From the NCBI GenBank assembly GCA_964016885.1, contig OZ024756.1, positions 18,786,001 to 18,850,000 of the forward strand: a stretch of 64,000 nucleotides of DNA, in the 5' to 3' direction. Below, piece by piece: positions 42,767 through 57,612 of the stretch. This stretch comes from Eledone cirrhosa. Its lineage: Eukaryota. Numbering within the stretch: position 1 is the stretch's first letter; each line of letters opens with the position of its first letter. Both the position numbers and the translations under genes were made by a program. A model generated the notes under the pieces. The model did not search any database and was not told the origin of the DNA. It saw only the letters and a list, made by a program, of their open reading frames with translations.

Positions 42767-43487
42767 TGGAAAATGTGTGTAATCCTTGGTACAGTTAGGT
42801 ATATTAAGACAGGGGGGAAGAAAAAAATGGCTTCACTTGTGCTTTCAACAAATTTATTCTCTTCACAAAATCCGAAAAGAATTATTTTCCGTTTGACAAG
42901 CGCACCTCAGCGTGAAAGGTCTTTCTAAAAACGAAACAATACCTCCTACGTTAACCAAGAACTCCTAAGACCTAACCAACAACCAACAACTTAATTTATA
43001 TAAAAAAATTTCTTTTAAAAAATTTTTTTCTAATCCGGAAAAAAATTCTTTTTGGATTTTGTGAAGAGAATAAATTTGTTGAAAGCACAAGTGAAGCCAT
43101 TTTTTTCTTCCCCCGTCTTAATATATATATATATATATATATAAACTAGTTTAAATGAGTTGACAATACAACCATGTAGAGTAAGAATGGTTAATTAAAA
43201 TTGGAGAGGATGGTTCATTATGATGCATGATTTAAACGTCATGTTCTACAACCTAATACCATACTAACACTAACACCATAAGATCAGAGATTTTCAATAT
43301 TTATGTAGAGGCAAAGAACATCTTATAGCTTAATGTGGTTTTATATTTATAAGTTTCTTAGTCAATAAGTTTCTTAGTCAATAAAAGAAATAGGAAAAAG
43401 TATTACCCCGACGGCAGAGCTCAAGCCGTTTCGACGGAAATAGCCGTCGAAACGGCTTGAGATCTGCCGTCGGAGTCATACTTTTTC

Positions 43488-43571
<84 letters not shown>

Positions 43572-45612
43572 CAGTGGCGTAGCTAGGGTGTGGCAAGCAG
43601 GGCACATGCCACGGGGGCCATATTTAGGGGCGCGCAATTTCGACCTAGATCGATTTACATTCATGTCGTTTTTATCATTTTTAAAAATATAAGCCAAAAA
43701 TGAAGCATGTGATTTCTTTGATAGCCGACCTCCACGCCATGTCCAGTGCACTACACAGAGCAGATGTCTGATTTGACTGCACAAAAACGCGTCCCCGCCC
43801 CCCTTCCACACTGACAGCAGGGTGGGTTGCAATTATGCGGGCGCTATTTTTAGCTATACATTGCAAAACAGCGGATACCTCACTTGACCTCACAAAACCG
43901 CCCACCCACCCCACCCCCACACACACACTGACTGAAGAGTCGTAGTTTTGGACGTGCAACTGGTGGACACGCAGGCGCTATTTTTAGCAATGCATTGCAA
44001 TGACCAATACAAGATAATTATATTTATGAAGCTGGTTTACAAAACAGAGTAGTTTGTCTTTTACAGCTGGTACATAAGACGTACAGAAAAGGAATCATAA
44101 TCCAAATGGCCAGATAAGATCGGATAGCTTCTATTAGGAATTCAATTTGACTCCAGTTTAGATGGTTCAATGTTTCTTCTATAATACAGTTTGTCAGAAT
44201 TTACTAAATCGTATCCAAAAAGCAAGATACTATGGTCTGCTGATTGATTCGACCCCTGACCAGGCGCACCGAGAACAACTGTCAAAAGTTGTGCGATATG
44301 TCGATGTTGATTTCAATATGAAGACGGTCGTTGTGAGGGAATCTTTTCTTGGATTCATTCAAGTAATCAAAAAAGATGCCGCAAGCCTTGTTGAAACAAT
44401 CGTGAAAGAGCTAGAAAAAGATGACCTACCACTGCAGAACTGTCGATCGCAGTGCTACGACAATGCTGCCATAATGGCTGGGCACCGCAGTGGGGTTCAG
44501 CAGAGAATGAGAGAGAAGAAGAATTTGATTCACTTCGTTAATTGCGATAACCATTCACTTAATCTGGCTGGTCTTCATGCAGCCAAAAACGATTCTGCTA
44601 TGATGAACTTTTTCAGTTGCATTGACTCGTTATACAACTTTTTTTCTCGTTCAACACGACGATGGGAAGCCCTTAAAGAAGTTGCTCCAGTGGTTGTTAA
44701 ATATCCTTTCGACACGCGGTGTAGTGCTAGATGTACCGCAGTCAGACCGGTGGCAAATTATTTGATGCTGATTGTTCAAGTTCTCGAAAAAATTAATGAT
44801 GATGAAACAGAGTCATGCGAGAGTAGAAGTGATGCCAGTAATCTCCATAATCGGATACTGAGTTATGAATTCCTGAACTTGATTGGATTCTGGAACACGA
44901 TTCTCTCACGAATTGACCAGGTTCAAAAGAGACTTCAAGATCCAAGAATGAATTTTCCCGATGCTGCAGCTGATATAGGAGCCCTTCAACTTTATTTTAA
45001 AGAAGAAGGAACATCCTTAATCCACGAGTCTCTTGAAATGGGCTTCGACCTCTGCCAGAAATGGAATGTCGATTTTCCGAGGAGGCGAGGAAGACGACAA
45101 ACCAATACCGAAATTACTGAGGACGTCGAGGTGGCTGCCAGAAAAGAGATAGAGAAAGCAATGCAAAGTTCACCCAATCGTCTTCAAACAGAAATGGAAG
45201 AACGGTTTATTCGACTTAAGGAAACCGACTCAAGTTTTGGCTTTCTTCTTGATGTCAACTATCTGTTTTATTTGGCTGCTCCTGATAACCTTGTCCTTAA
45301 ACAAAGGTGGAACAGTCTTGCGGAACTATACAACTCCGACATCGACGGTAGGAATTGTATGAGGAAATCTTGGACTGCTGATCTTTGCTGGCTACTAGGA
45401 CAGCTGACCCAATTTTGAAGCCGGAGGCACTTCTCCAATTCATCATACAATACGGCGATAAATGTGTTTTTCCCAATTTGCGAATCAGCATTCAAATAAT
45501 GTTGACGATTTCTATTTCAATTGCCAGTTACGAGAAGTCGTTCAGCAACCTGAAGCTAATATATTAGGGGACGCAATTTTGCTATGATGAACTTACCCTA
45601 GCTACGCCACTA
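43572..45612 (+). mobile_element. hAT-superfamily DNA transposon, internally deleted
   Basis: TIR cagtggcgtagctagggt (43572-43589) matches accctagctacgccacta (45595-45612) at 17/18 positions. The 8-bp flanks are tatatata and tgtatata. Confidence 0.9.
44162..45567 (+). pseudogene. hAT transposase (ZMYM1-like catalytic region and hATC dimerisation domain), N-terminally missing and frameshifted
   Basis: Motifs IDSTPD, FLGF, CYDNAAIMAG, CDNHSLNL and DTRCS. The C-terminal FPNL..LTISISIASYEKSFSNLKLI is in another frame (45385-45567). Confidence 0.85.
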
Positions 45613-45644
45613 TGTATATATACATATATATGTGTATATGTATG

Positions 45645-45694
<50 letters not shown>

Positions 45695-45816
45695 ACGTTT
45701 TTTGAAATATCCAGTTCTGCGTTTACAGATTGACTTTGTTAGTTTCAGAAGATCCCGTTAAGGGTGAAAGCAGCGATTCTTTTAAGATCAAAAGATGGTT
45801 AAAAGAGTTCCAAGTA

Positions 45817-45883
45817 TTTTATTATGCGCATTTCAAAAACAAATATCATCATGGGATGATATTTGCGTTCTCATCAGATAAAA
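45817..45883 (-). ncRNA. Type I hammerhead (family D)
   Basis: TTTTAT-CTGATGA-GAAC-GCAAATATCATC/CCAT/GATGATATTTGT-TTTT-GAAA-TGCGCA-TA-ATAAAA. Confidence 0.8.
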
Positions 45884-46156
45884 TAGGGAGACATGATATG
45901 AAGCTTAAAAAACACTTGCGAGCAGTGAAGTGTTAATTCAACATATGAAAAATAAAGTAAGATGGATATATGAGATTGGGGGGAAAAAAGGGCTGGGGTA
46001 TGAAAAGGTAAGGAAGATAAATATTTGGAACTCTTTTAACCATCTTTTGATCTTATATTATTTTTATACTCCAGTCCTATAAACTGTGGAGTGCTACTTA
46101 ATCCGATATTTGCATTGCTTTATTGTGCTACAATGAAACTCACCTCCTACACACAC

Positions 46157-46233
<77 letters not shown>

Positions 46234-46302
46234 TATACATATATATATACATATATATATATACATATATATATATACATATATATATACATATATATAT
46301 AC

Positions 46303-46350
<48 letters not shown>

Positions 46351-46351
46351 G

Positions 46352-46455
<104 letters not shown>

Positions 46456-46467
46456 CATATATGTATG

Positions 46468-46505
<38 letters not shown>

Positions 46506-46719
46506 AATACATATATATATATATATTACTGGGGTCAGTAATAGTCACACTTATGTATAGCATTTGACCAGAATCCCGTTGAAAAAGTGGCTTCTTTGTT
46601 CAGTCATCTTACCAGAAGCCTAACATTCTTTATGTAAGCGGACAGTAATTGATTTATGGATCCGCAGAAACCCAAATACAAGCCTTTTCAATAAAATAGT
46701 CCAACAAAGGGGCATATAA

Positions 46720-46892
46720 GTAGAGGGTCGGACGCCATTCTTTAAAGCATAGAGTTACGTCCCTTTTACGGTGTGAGTTCAAATCTCGCTGAGGTGAACT
46801 TTGCCTTTCATCCTTACGCGGGTCGATAAAATAAAGTACCAGCAATGCACTGGCGTAATTGCTGGCCTTGTGCTAAAATTAGAAACATTTAT
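46720..46892 (+). mobile_element. SINE family 1
   Basis: Shared head and central domain. Confidence 0.75.
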
Positions 46893-47119
46893 TACACTAC
46901 ACCCTTGATATCTGAAGGGTAGACTCCTACTTCTGTGTTGTACCCAGTCACACTGTATCATACCCGTAGACCCCACCCCACATTATAACACTAACACCCT
47001 TGATGGATCGTCTTGTCTTCACGCTCATATCATTGCTCAATATGAATATATATGAGTGTGCGTGGGTGTGAATGTGTGCGTGTGTGTGTGTGTGTGCGAG
47101 TATATATGTCTGTCTGTGT

Positions 47120-47600
47120 GTTTGTGCGTCTGTGGGTCCTTGTGTGTGTGTGTGTGTGAGTCAGAGAGCCCGTGTGTACGTGTATGTCTGTATGTGGGGT
47201 CCCTATGTGTGTGCGAGTGCGTCTGTGCATCTGTGGGTCCTTGTGTGTGTGTATGTGAGTCAGAGGGCCCGTGTGTATGTGTATGTGTGTATGTGGGTCC
47301 CTATGTGTGTGCGAGTGCGTCTGTGCATCTGTGGGTCCTTGTGTGTGTGTATGTGAGTCAGAGGGCCCGTGTGTATGTGTATGTGTGTATGTGGGTCCCT
47401 ATGTGTGTGCGAGTGCGTCTGTGCATCTGTGGGTCCTTTGTGTGTGTGTATGTGAGTCAGAGGGCCCGTGTGTATGTGTATGTGTGTATGTGGGTCCCTA
47501 CGTGTGTGCGAGTGCGTCTGTGCATCTGTGGGTCCTTGTGTGTGTGTATGTGAGTCAGAGGGCCCGTGTGTATATGTATGTGTGGGTCCCTGTGTGTGTG
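47120..47600. repeat. About 98-bp TG-rich minisatellite, about 5 copies
   Basis: gagtcagag recurs at 47158, 47257, 47355, 47454 and 47552. Confidence 0.85.
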
Positions 47601-47952
47601 TGTATGAGTGTCTGTGAATCCATGTGTGTGTGTGTATCCGTGTCAGTGGGTCTGTGTGTGTGTGTATGTGTGTGTGTAGAGGGGGGAGTCTGTATGTCGA
47701 TCCGTGTGTGTGTGTATCTGTGTCTGTGTATGTATGTATGTGTGTGTCAGTGTTTGTATATATGTGAGTGTGAGTGTCTGTGTGTGTGCGTGAGTGTGTT
47801 TGTGTGTAAGTGTATGTATGAGTCTGTGAATGTTTGTGTATGTGTGTAAATGCTTGGCTATCGATATACAAACGTTCATTAGAAAATGTATTAACTAAGC
47901 ACTGGCACCTAGAGACACAGGCAGGGGTCATGTACACACACACACGTGTCTC

Positions 47953-48007
<55 letters not shown>

Positions 48008-48324
48008 GTGTATTTATATATATATATATATTTATGTATATATATGCACACATACGCACATATATGTGTAATAAATAATTCATACATAAGACTAACATAC
48101 ACATATATATATACACACATATATACATATATACACATACATATACACCCATATATATATACATATATATATATATACATATATATATACATATATATAT
48201 ATATATGCATATATATATACATATATACCCATGTACACATATGAATATACATATATATATACAAATATATATATATATGCAAATTATAAACGTAAACATG
48301 TATGTTTTTGAAATATATATATAT

Positions 48325-48377
<53 letters not shown>

Positions 48378-48400
48378 AATATATATATATATATATATAT

Positions 48401-48439
<39 letters not shown>

Positions 48440-48454
48440 TATGTATATATATAC

Positions 48455-48487
<33 letters not shown>

Positions 48488-48522
48488 CAAATATATATAT
48501 ATATATATATATATACAAATAT

Positions 48523-48767
<245 letters not shown>

Positions 48768-48806
48768 CCAATATATATATATATACAAATATATATATAT
48801 ATATAA

Positions 48807-48845
<39 letters not shown>

Positions 48846-49277
48846 CCAATATATATATATATATATATACAAATATATATATATATATATATATACAAAT
48901 ATATATATATATATATACAAATATATATATATACAAATATATATATATATATACAAATATATATATATTTATATATATATATATATATTCTTCATTTTAG
49001 TTTTTTTAGGTCATCTATGAATCGAGAGGGGGAGAGGTGGCATGGTTAAGTGTAGTTAGTGCGGTTTACATTGAAGGTTATTTGGTAGAGAGAGAGAGTG
49101 TGTGAGAGAGAGTGAGAGAGAGAGCGAGTGAGAGAGAGTGAGTGAGTGAGATGATATATATATATATATATAGGAATGAAAAATGGCGTGCTGTGTTGTT
49201 GCAAATGTGATATGGCTAGTAGATCACTGATGATGGATAGTCCTGTTTCTAATTCTTCATTTTAATTTGTATATATA

Positions 49278-49315
<38 letters not shown>

Positions 49316-49345
49316 TATAGATATATAGATAGATAGATAGATATG

Positions 49346-49443
49346 TTTCTTTTATTTGCCACCAGGGCATCAAAAGTGGGACAAGTACAATGGGGGGAGT
49401 TTACAAAACAATGCGTCCTCAATAAGGAGGAGGCAATAACAAT

Positions 49444-49509
<66 letters not shown>

Positions 49510-49851
49510 TTCTTTATTTACCATAAAGGCATAAAAAGAAGGGACAAATACAAAGGGGGAGTTTACATACAATCGAGTAAAAAGGGTATAAAATGAAAAT
49601 AATGGAAAATAACCTCAAAAGGGAGGGGACGTGATGGGGGTTGCACACACCCCCGAAAAAGTGTGCAATCCTTTGCCCGGGGAGCACATGCAGAAGGTGC
49701 TCCCCTCTCCTTTACTTCTTTACCTACAGGATGGTATACAGAGAAGGCCCATTTACACGAGCCATTCTCGCCACTATCACCCACCTTTCATAAAACTGCC
49801 TGTGGCCAAGCACCTCTCTCTCCATTCTTATCCTTCTTCCGAAGTGATATC

Positions 49852-49883
<32 letters not shown>

Positions 49884-49957
49884 CTAGATAGATTTCTTTA
49901 TTTGCCACAAGGGCGCACAAGAAAAGGGGACAATACAAAGACACATGCCGGGGATTA
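49346..49957 (-). mobile_element. Three 5'-truncated 3' ends of the Tx1-like LINE, separated by (GATA)n
   Basis: 49346-49440, 49509-49851 and 49893-49957 are homologous to 3151-3550; each begins with a variant of tttctttatttgccac. Confidence 0.8.
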
Positions 49958-50236
49958 GAGATAGATAGATAGATAAATATAGTTTTAGGCAGTATGGAAC
50001 TTTAGAGAGGGAATGTGAAGTGGTAGGGAAGATGAGTGTGGAGTCTGTTTAGTACAGGTATCCGTGAGGGTGGGATGGGGCACTGGGATGTGGTAGTGGT
50101 AGGGTGGGGTGTTGGGATAAGGGTGGGGAGTGGTAGGGAAAGATAGAGAGGTGCAATGGGTACATTGATATGGCATTAAGGGCAGAGTTCAATGAGCAGA
50201 AACCGTGGTATGTACCAGTATGTTTGTGTACATGTC

Positions 50237-50290
<54 letters not shown>

Positions 50291-50492
50291 CATATATATA
50301 TTTATATATCTCTCTCTCTATATATATATATATATAACGAAGGAAATGTGGTAAGGAACCAGGTGGACCATAACGCACCAAAGTACTCAATATTTAGGGT
50401 AGTAGAGTGGGTAATAGGAACCGGTAAGACCCCGACGGCTAAGCTCAAGCCGATTCACCGGCTTGAGCTCAGCCGTCGGGGTCTTACCGGTT

Positions 50493-50551
<59 letters not shown>

Positions 50552-50603
50552 ATAATAATAAATTTGAAGCGATTCCTTGCTTAAACTTTAATCTGTTATT
50601 TTA

Positions 50604-50653
<50 letters not shown>

Positions 50654-51252
50654 ATATATATATATATATATCACGATAGATTAACGGAGCCATAGACTCT
50701 CGTTATTCCCTGTCACTAATATGCTCAAAGGAAAAGGAATCCTGAGCTCTTTAAAATACAGTATGTTGAAAAGGTAACACACTAGAGAGAGATAGTGCGC
50801 CATCAATAAAACAGGGAAAACCACCAGTGTATGGAATCTATAATCTATGAAAGGCAGGGTAGACACACAATAATTAAAAATATAAATTAAAATGTATATA
50901 CGCACCTCTATAACTATATAACACACACGTACAAATCCAAAGAGATCTGTTTCGCCAGGAAGTTGTTGACTGAAATGGAATAGCCCATGGTTCATCAGCG
51001 CGTGCAAGACTATACATTCTAGACAACTCTAAGAGAATCTAAAGCGACCGTCCAGCTACACGCGGCAGAGAGATGTCACAGCGTGTATAGGGCAGTGAAC
51101 CAGTGGTATCTGAGGGACGACCTGCTAGAAAGGGCAGCCCAAAAACCACTCAAAGGAGTGTGCTCAACCAAACAGAGAGAGAGGAAAGACTTAGAGTTGT
51201 CTAGAATGCATAGTCTTGCACACTCAGCGCTGCCGTCAGGTACTATCTCTTT

Positions 51253-51305
<53 letters not shown>

Positions 51306-51487
51306 CGTTTCTGAATTTGTTTAGCAAGATTCTTTATCTGAAATCGTGTGTTGAAACCGATATTGTTATCAACCAGAAATTTATAAAATTATAAATTTAT
51401 TATAATTTATTATAAATTTATAAATTTATTATAAATTTATTATAATAAATTGAAGTGAAAGCAACTGGTGCGTGTGTCCCAAAGTAT

Positions 51488-51520
<33 letters not shown>

Positions 51521-51523
<3 letters not shown>

Positions 51524-51573
51524 TTGTCCCCTAATATTCGCGGGGTTTACGTTCCAGAGCACCCGTGAATATT
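51521..51573 (+). mobile_element. Possible Tigger/pogo-like terminus
   Basis: TA|cagttgtcccctaatattcgcgggg..cccgtgaatatt hairpin resembles Tigger/MER2 ends; no partner TIR seen. Confidence 0.3.
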
Positions 51574-51694
51574 GGACGTGGTCCATATAAATGTTTTGAA
51601 ACGTCAAGATATAGTTAAAAAAAAAAGATGGAGCGTCTTATGCAAAGGGGCGCCCAATAGGAGGGCAACTACGGTATATTGTTATTAATAATTG

Positions 51695-51968
51695 ACGGGG
51701 TCGATAAAATAAAGTACCAGTAATGCACTGGGTAATTGCTGGCCGTGTGCCTAAAGTAGAAACAAATAATTTAGCGTTAAAAAAAGATAGATTTATATAT
51801 ATTTGTTTCTACTTTTGGCACAAGGCCAGCAATTATCTCAGTGCATTACTGGTACGACCCCGTAAGGATGAAAGGCAAAGTTAACTTCAGAGGGATTGAA
51901 CTCAGAATGGAAAGGGCCGTAACTCTATGCGTCAAAGCATGGCGTCCGACCCTCTCCCGATACTGCCA
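51695..51968. mobile_element. Two SINE family 1 copies, tail to tail (51695-51770 +, 51803-51968 -)
   Basis: Shared motifs; another diverged copy lies at 52840-53062 (-). Confidence 0.7.
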
Positions 51969-52350
51969 ATCCACCTACTCTGTCGCTTGTTATTGGAGGG
52001 GGGGATACTTCTTAAAAAGTGATTGTTGAACAAATATGAGATAACTATCAATGCCCATCAATCTCTTCAGTTCTCTCCTTCCCAGCATGCCTTGTCTTAG
52101 AACTTTACAGTACACACATCAATGTCAGACGACATCTTTTTGGGGGTTTTTTTTTTAGGTGGGGTTCTTTTTTTACTTTTCAAAATACGCTAAAACTTAT
52201 TCTTTCTTTCTTTCCAACCTTTCTTTCTTTCTTTCTTTCCAACCTTCCTTTCTTTTATTCCAACCTTTCTTTGAACATGTATATTTTCATTCTCTTTCAG
52301 ATTTCCTTCCCTCAGGTCTTTCTTTTTTTGGATGTATATATTTTTATTCC

Positions 52351-52383
<33 letters not shown>

Positions 52384-53841
52384 TACTTGTATATTTTTAT
52401 TTTCTTCCTTTCATTTTTTAATATATATATATATATATTTTTTTATTTTGCCATTAAAATTCCCTATATACTCGAAGAAGTATTTATTATGATTATTATT
52501 TTTTTTATTATTTTTATTTTTATTTATTTATTATTATTATTATTTTCATTTTTTTTTTTTTTTTTGTGGGGCCTACTAATTCCTTAAACACAAAATGTCA
52601 GTATTAAGTAGTTGTACGTTGAAGGAAGAGAAAGAAAGGGAAGGCACAGCTGATCGGGGTGATAGGGTAAGGGTGTCTATCACCTTACTAGTGGAAAAAA
52701 TTCATCATTCATATCTCTCTTCACCGACCGACGCTGTTTTCTCTGTTCATGGAAAAGATACGTAATTTTAGGCCACCCATTTTGTAAATATAGAAAACCG
52801 AGTTCAGATCACAGCTGGAAAGAGCAGGGCTCTGCATAATTTGATTTCTAATTTAGGGCACGAGGCCAGCCATCAAATTTGAATGAAGGGCAAAGTTGAT
52901 CAAGTGAATCCCACCACTTGACTGGTTCTTCATTTTTTTATTTTATAGACCCAAGAAAGGGGGAAAGCAAAGTTGACCTCGACGGAATTTTGGTTCAGAA
53001 TGTAAAGAGCCAGAATAAATACTGTAATGGTATTTTATTCGACGCTCTACCAATTGTGCCAATCCCGCACCCTGCTGTTTAATAATAGTCGTTGAAGTAG
53101 AAATAAATAAATTCTATTTTCCTTCTCACCTGTCCATCTGCAGACCATAAATTAGTTAAAGTCTGTTCTAAGCCGAAAGCTTACCAGGTCGGTGCTTATC
53201 CCCGTTTTTTTTTTTTTTTTTTTTTTGTGCTAAGTGACTGAGAGTACAAGACTCTCCCTGGATAGGACGTCGGTTTATTGTGGGATTAACTCACCAGTTA
53301 CTGCTAGTACTCACTCTCAGATGTGTGTACTGGAACAACACGAAATAAAGTGCTCAAGAACACAACGCAGCACCCTGCCCAGGAATCGAACCGACGACAT
53401 TATGATCGTACGCCAAGCATCTTAACCATTAAGCTATGCGGCTTCAAAAAAAATATTCAGAGTAATTATAATGTCTTAGTTGCCAGTAGCCATGGGATCA
53501 GCTGGTATTAATTTTTTTCTGTATCTTTAGTAGATCTGTATGATAGATACATTCAAGGTCAATAAAAAAAAAAGTACCAGTCAAGTACTGGTGTCGATTC
53601 TTCCTCTACATCTCTTTCTCACTTCCATTCTCTCAATCTCTCTATACTTCTCTGAAAGAAATCTGGAGAATTCAGACCTGGACAGGAGATATATACGTAT
53701 GTATATACATATCTCTGTGTGTGTTGTGTGTGTGTGTGTGTTATTACGACTGTTAAAGTGTGTTAATATGTATGAATGTATGTATGTGTTTACCACTGTA
53801 ACAGTGTATGTATGTATATATGGACACACACACACACACAC

Positions 53842-53878
<37 letters not shown>

Positions 53879-53945
53879 ATAATAATAAATTTCAAGACTA
53901 AAATCCAAAGAGGATTCTTTGCTTAAACTTTAATCTGTTATTTTA

Positions 53946-54013
<68 letters not shown>

Positions 54014-54219
54014 GTATATATGTGTGTTTACAACTGTTACAGTGTGTGTATGAGTAAAGAGGTATTTCGATGTCACAGGGGAAATTCTTCCGCTAATTTA
54101 ATTTCCATGTAAAGTTTACAAACAATTCCCTGCCCCACCTCACAACTAATTTCAGACTCGCTTTTGACCAACTCCATATATGTCTATACGCGTATTTTAG
54201 TATGTATGAATTATGTATG

Positions 54220-54362
<143 letters not shown>

Positions 54363-54787
54363 TATTTTCCGTTGTGTTGTAATATAAATATTACACACAG
54401 TAGATTATCAGCTCACGTAGAGTTTGCTCGACGGTTCCAGTTGTAGTTCCAAAATGTCTGCATAACTAAAAGTTTGTAGATAGCAGCTGTTTTAGGTTAT
54501 GTAACTGTTATAGAAACACGTGTCAATAAATTCCTTTCAACTAAACTGTATCCATTCAAATCTTTCTATATATATATATATATATATAGGAAAAGAGTCA
54601 GAACCCCGACGGCTGAACTCCGGTCGTTTCGACAGCTAGATCCGAACTGTCGAAATGGCTGGAGCTCAGCCGTCGGGGTCCTGACTCTTTTTGTATTACC
54701 CACTCTACTACCCTAAGTATCGAGTACTCTGGTGCATTATGGTCCACCTGGTATCTTACCACACCATCTTTGTTATATATATATATA

Positions 54788-55355
54788 TGGTGGCTGCCAA
54801 CTCGTTTTCGAGTACGGCCACTACTTTATATCCATGTAGGAGAACCCCTACCGATGCGCTGAACGAGTGTGACTTTTTAGTCCAGCCAGCGACTTGAAAA
54901 CTCTGGTACAATCATGGTACCATGTGATGACAAGTGCAGAGAGATCTCCAGATATAAAGCAATGCCTGTGCCGTGAAGCTTTTATAGTGAGCAAAGGCAC
55001 TGCACAAAGCCAGTCCCACTCTCTTAACCAAGATTATATTTGCCAAAACGAAGAACAAGTCAACATCATTGGATACCATCAGGGTTGCAGGTGTTATATC
55101 AGAGTTTTCCTTCTCCTAGAATTCTGCCTTGACAAAGAATAAGGGGTCATCTCTCCTGGTGATTTTGGATGGCCATTGACTCTTAAGAGCTCCTTTGCCC
55201 TTTGACAGGTTTTGTTTTTAGTCCTGCAGGATGTCCAAAGTCACCCTCCTCACCAAGAAACCTTGGTGGGGTTGCCAGTTTAGTCGCCAACGACCCGACC
55301 ATGAGACAGGTTGTACTGGGATACATGTTACCAGTAGCACCAACTGGTGACCTGA
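54788..55355 (-). mobile_element. Longest copy of the putative RTE 5'-region repeat
   Basis: Homologous to 6885-7287 and 21345-21491; flanked by (TA)n on both sides. Confidence 0.5.
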
Positions 55356-55356
55356 C

Positions 55357-55401
<45 letters not shown>

Positions 55402-55800
55402 CGTATCTACGTATGTATTTTTAGCGGCCTAGCTCCCCGAAGCGTCACAAATGTCACAGATTGAAAAATGTATCGGGTTTTAATTCTTTCCTAAATGAAA
55501 TATATCTTCTGCTTTTTTTATCTCTCTTTTATGCCTCGATAATAAGAATTCTTTGGCGACCTAAACAGAAGAGAAATATCTGGAGAAGCTGATTGTGTGT
55601 GGTAAGATCGCTAGAAAGAGGAGACAGGGAAGACAAAGAATGAACATTTACAGACAGTCTGAACATATCCCCAAAAAGTCTAAAGTCTGTCTTAAGCCAC
55701 AAGGCTCATTTGGCCGGTGTTTATCTCAGTTTTATGGCGTGAAGCAAATGAGAGTACAAGGCTCTCCCCCCCCCCCTGGACAGGACGCCAGTCCATCGCT

Positions 55801-56740
55801 ACCAGATGATGATGGGGTGCCATGATCACCGATGTCTGGAACAGATCTGGTACCAGATGATGATGGGGTGCCATGATCACCGATGTCTGGAACAGATCTG
55901 ACACCAGATGATGATGGGGTGCCATGATCACCGATGTCTGGAACAGATCTGGTATCAGATGATGATGGGGTGCCATGATCACCGATGTCTGGAACAGATC
56001 TGGTACCAGATGATGATGGGGTGCCATGATCACCGATGTCTGGAACAGATCTGGTACCAGATGATGATGGAGTGCCATGATCACCGATGTCTGGAACAGA
56101 TCTGGTACCAGATGATGATGGGGTGCCATGATCACCGATGTCTGGAACAGATCTGGTACCAGATGATGATGGGGTGCCATGATCACCGATGTCTGGAACA
56201 GATCTGGTACCAGATGATGATGGGGTGCCATGATCACCGGTGTCTGGAACAGATCTGGTATCAGATGATGATGGGGTGCCATGATCACCGATGTCTGGAA
56301 CAGATCTGGTATCAGATGATGATGGGGTGCCATGATCACCACCACCACCATGATCACCGATGTCTGGAACAGATCTGGTACCAGATGATGATGGGGTGCC
56401 ATGATCACCGATGTCTGGAACAGATCTGGTCCCAGATGATGATGGGGTGCCATGATCACCGATGTCTGGAACAGATCTGGTACCAGATGATGATGGGGTG
56501 CCATGATCACCGATGTCTGGAACAGATCTGGTACCAGATGATGATGGGGTGCCATGATCACCGATGTCTGGAACAGATCTGGTACCAGATGATGATGGGG
56601 TGCCATGCTCCCCGATGTCTGGAACAGATCTGGTCCCAGATGATGATGGGGTGCCATGATCACCCCATGTCTGGAACAGATCTGGTATCAGATGATGATG
56701 GGGTGCCATGATCACCGATGTCTGGAACAGATCTGGAACC

Positions 56741-56745
<5 letters not shown>
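55801..56745. repeat. 51-bp minisatellite, about 18 copies
   Basis: accagatgatgatggggtgccatgatcaccgatgtctggaacagatctggt repeated with few changes. Confidence 0.95.
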
Positions 56746-56773
<28 letters not shown>

Positions 56774-57087
56774 CGACGCCTCGATCAAATACATACCAGT
56801 GATGTAGTGGAGGTCGATCCAATCTACTACACCTCATCTCCTACAATTATTTGGTTGTTTTCCAATGTAACACGTCCTTATCTCCAATGTATGTTTTAAG
56901 TAAACATGTACCCTGGTTTGCCAGTCTTTGGTGAACACTTATCATCCAAAATTACTATCTTCAGATTCAGATCTGACAAACGTTAAACAGATTAATAGTT
57001 CATTGCCTAGCAGCTTACCATTCCACCAGAGGCTTTCTGATTTTGATCGGTTTCCAATACAAGTCGAGAACGTAGCATTATTGTTAT

Positions 57088-57612
57088 GGGCGGTGGATTG
57101 GCAGTATCGGTAGAGGGTCGGACGCCATGCTTTGTAGCATAGAGTTACGGCTCTTTATGATCTGAGTTCAAATCCCGCCGAGGTTAGCTTTACCTTTCAT
57201 CCTTACGGGGACGATAAAATAAAGTACCAGTCACGCACGGGGGTCGATTTAATCAACTTTCCCCTCCCCCAAAATTGCCGGCCTTGTGCCTATATAAGAA
57301 ACCATTATTATTATTCTCAGTTCAAATCCCGCCAAGGTTAACTTTGCCTTTCATCCTTACGGGGTCGATAAAATAAAGTACCAGTAATGCACTGGGTAAT
57401 TGCTGGCCTTGTGCCAAAAGTAGAAACAATTATTATTATTGTCGGTAGAGCGTCGGACAACATGCTTAACGGCATAGAGTTACAGCCTTTTACGTTCTGA
57501 GTTTATATCCCGCCGAATTTAGCTTTGCCTTTCATCCTTATGGAATCGATAAAATAAAGCACTGGGGTCGATTTACAATACACTGGGGTTAATTTAAACG
57601 ACTTCTCCCCTC
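57088..57612 (+). mobile_element. Three tandem SINE family 1 copies (57088-57315 is near full length)
   Basis: A-box-like tggcagtatcggt, B-box-like gagttcaaatccc, central domain and (ATT)n tail. Confidence 0.8.

Noticed and set aside
45741-45782. CAGAAGA-TCCC/GTTAA/GGGT-GAAA-GCAGC (also 8188-8221 minus)
   Set aside because: Hammerhead-like spacing, but U4 is altered and no U16.1 or stem I could be paired; at most a fragment.
57088-57180. tRNA-like A/B boxes as tRNA genes
   Set aside because: No complete cloverleaf; they are multi-copy SINE heads followed by a shared body and tail.
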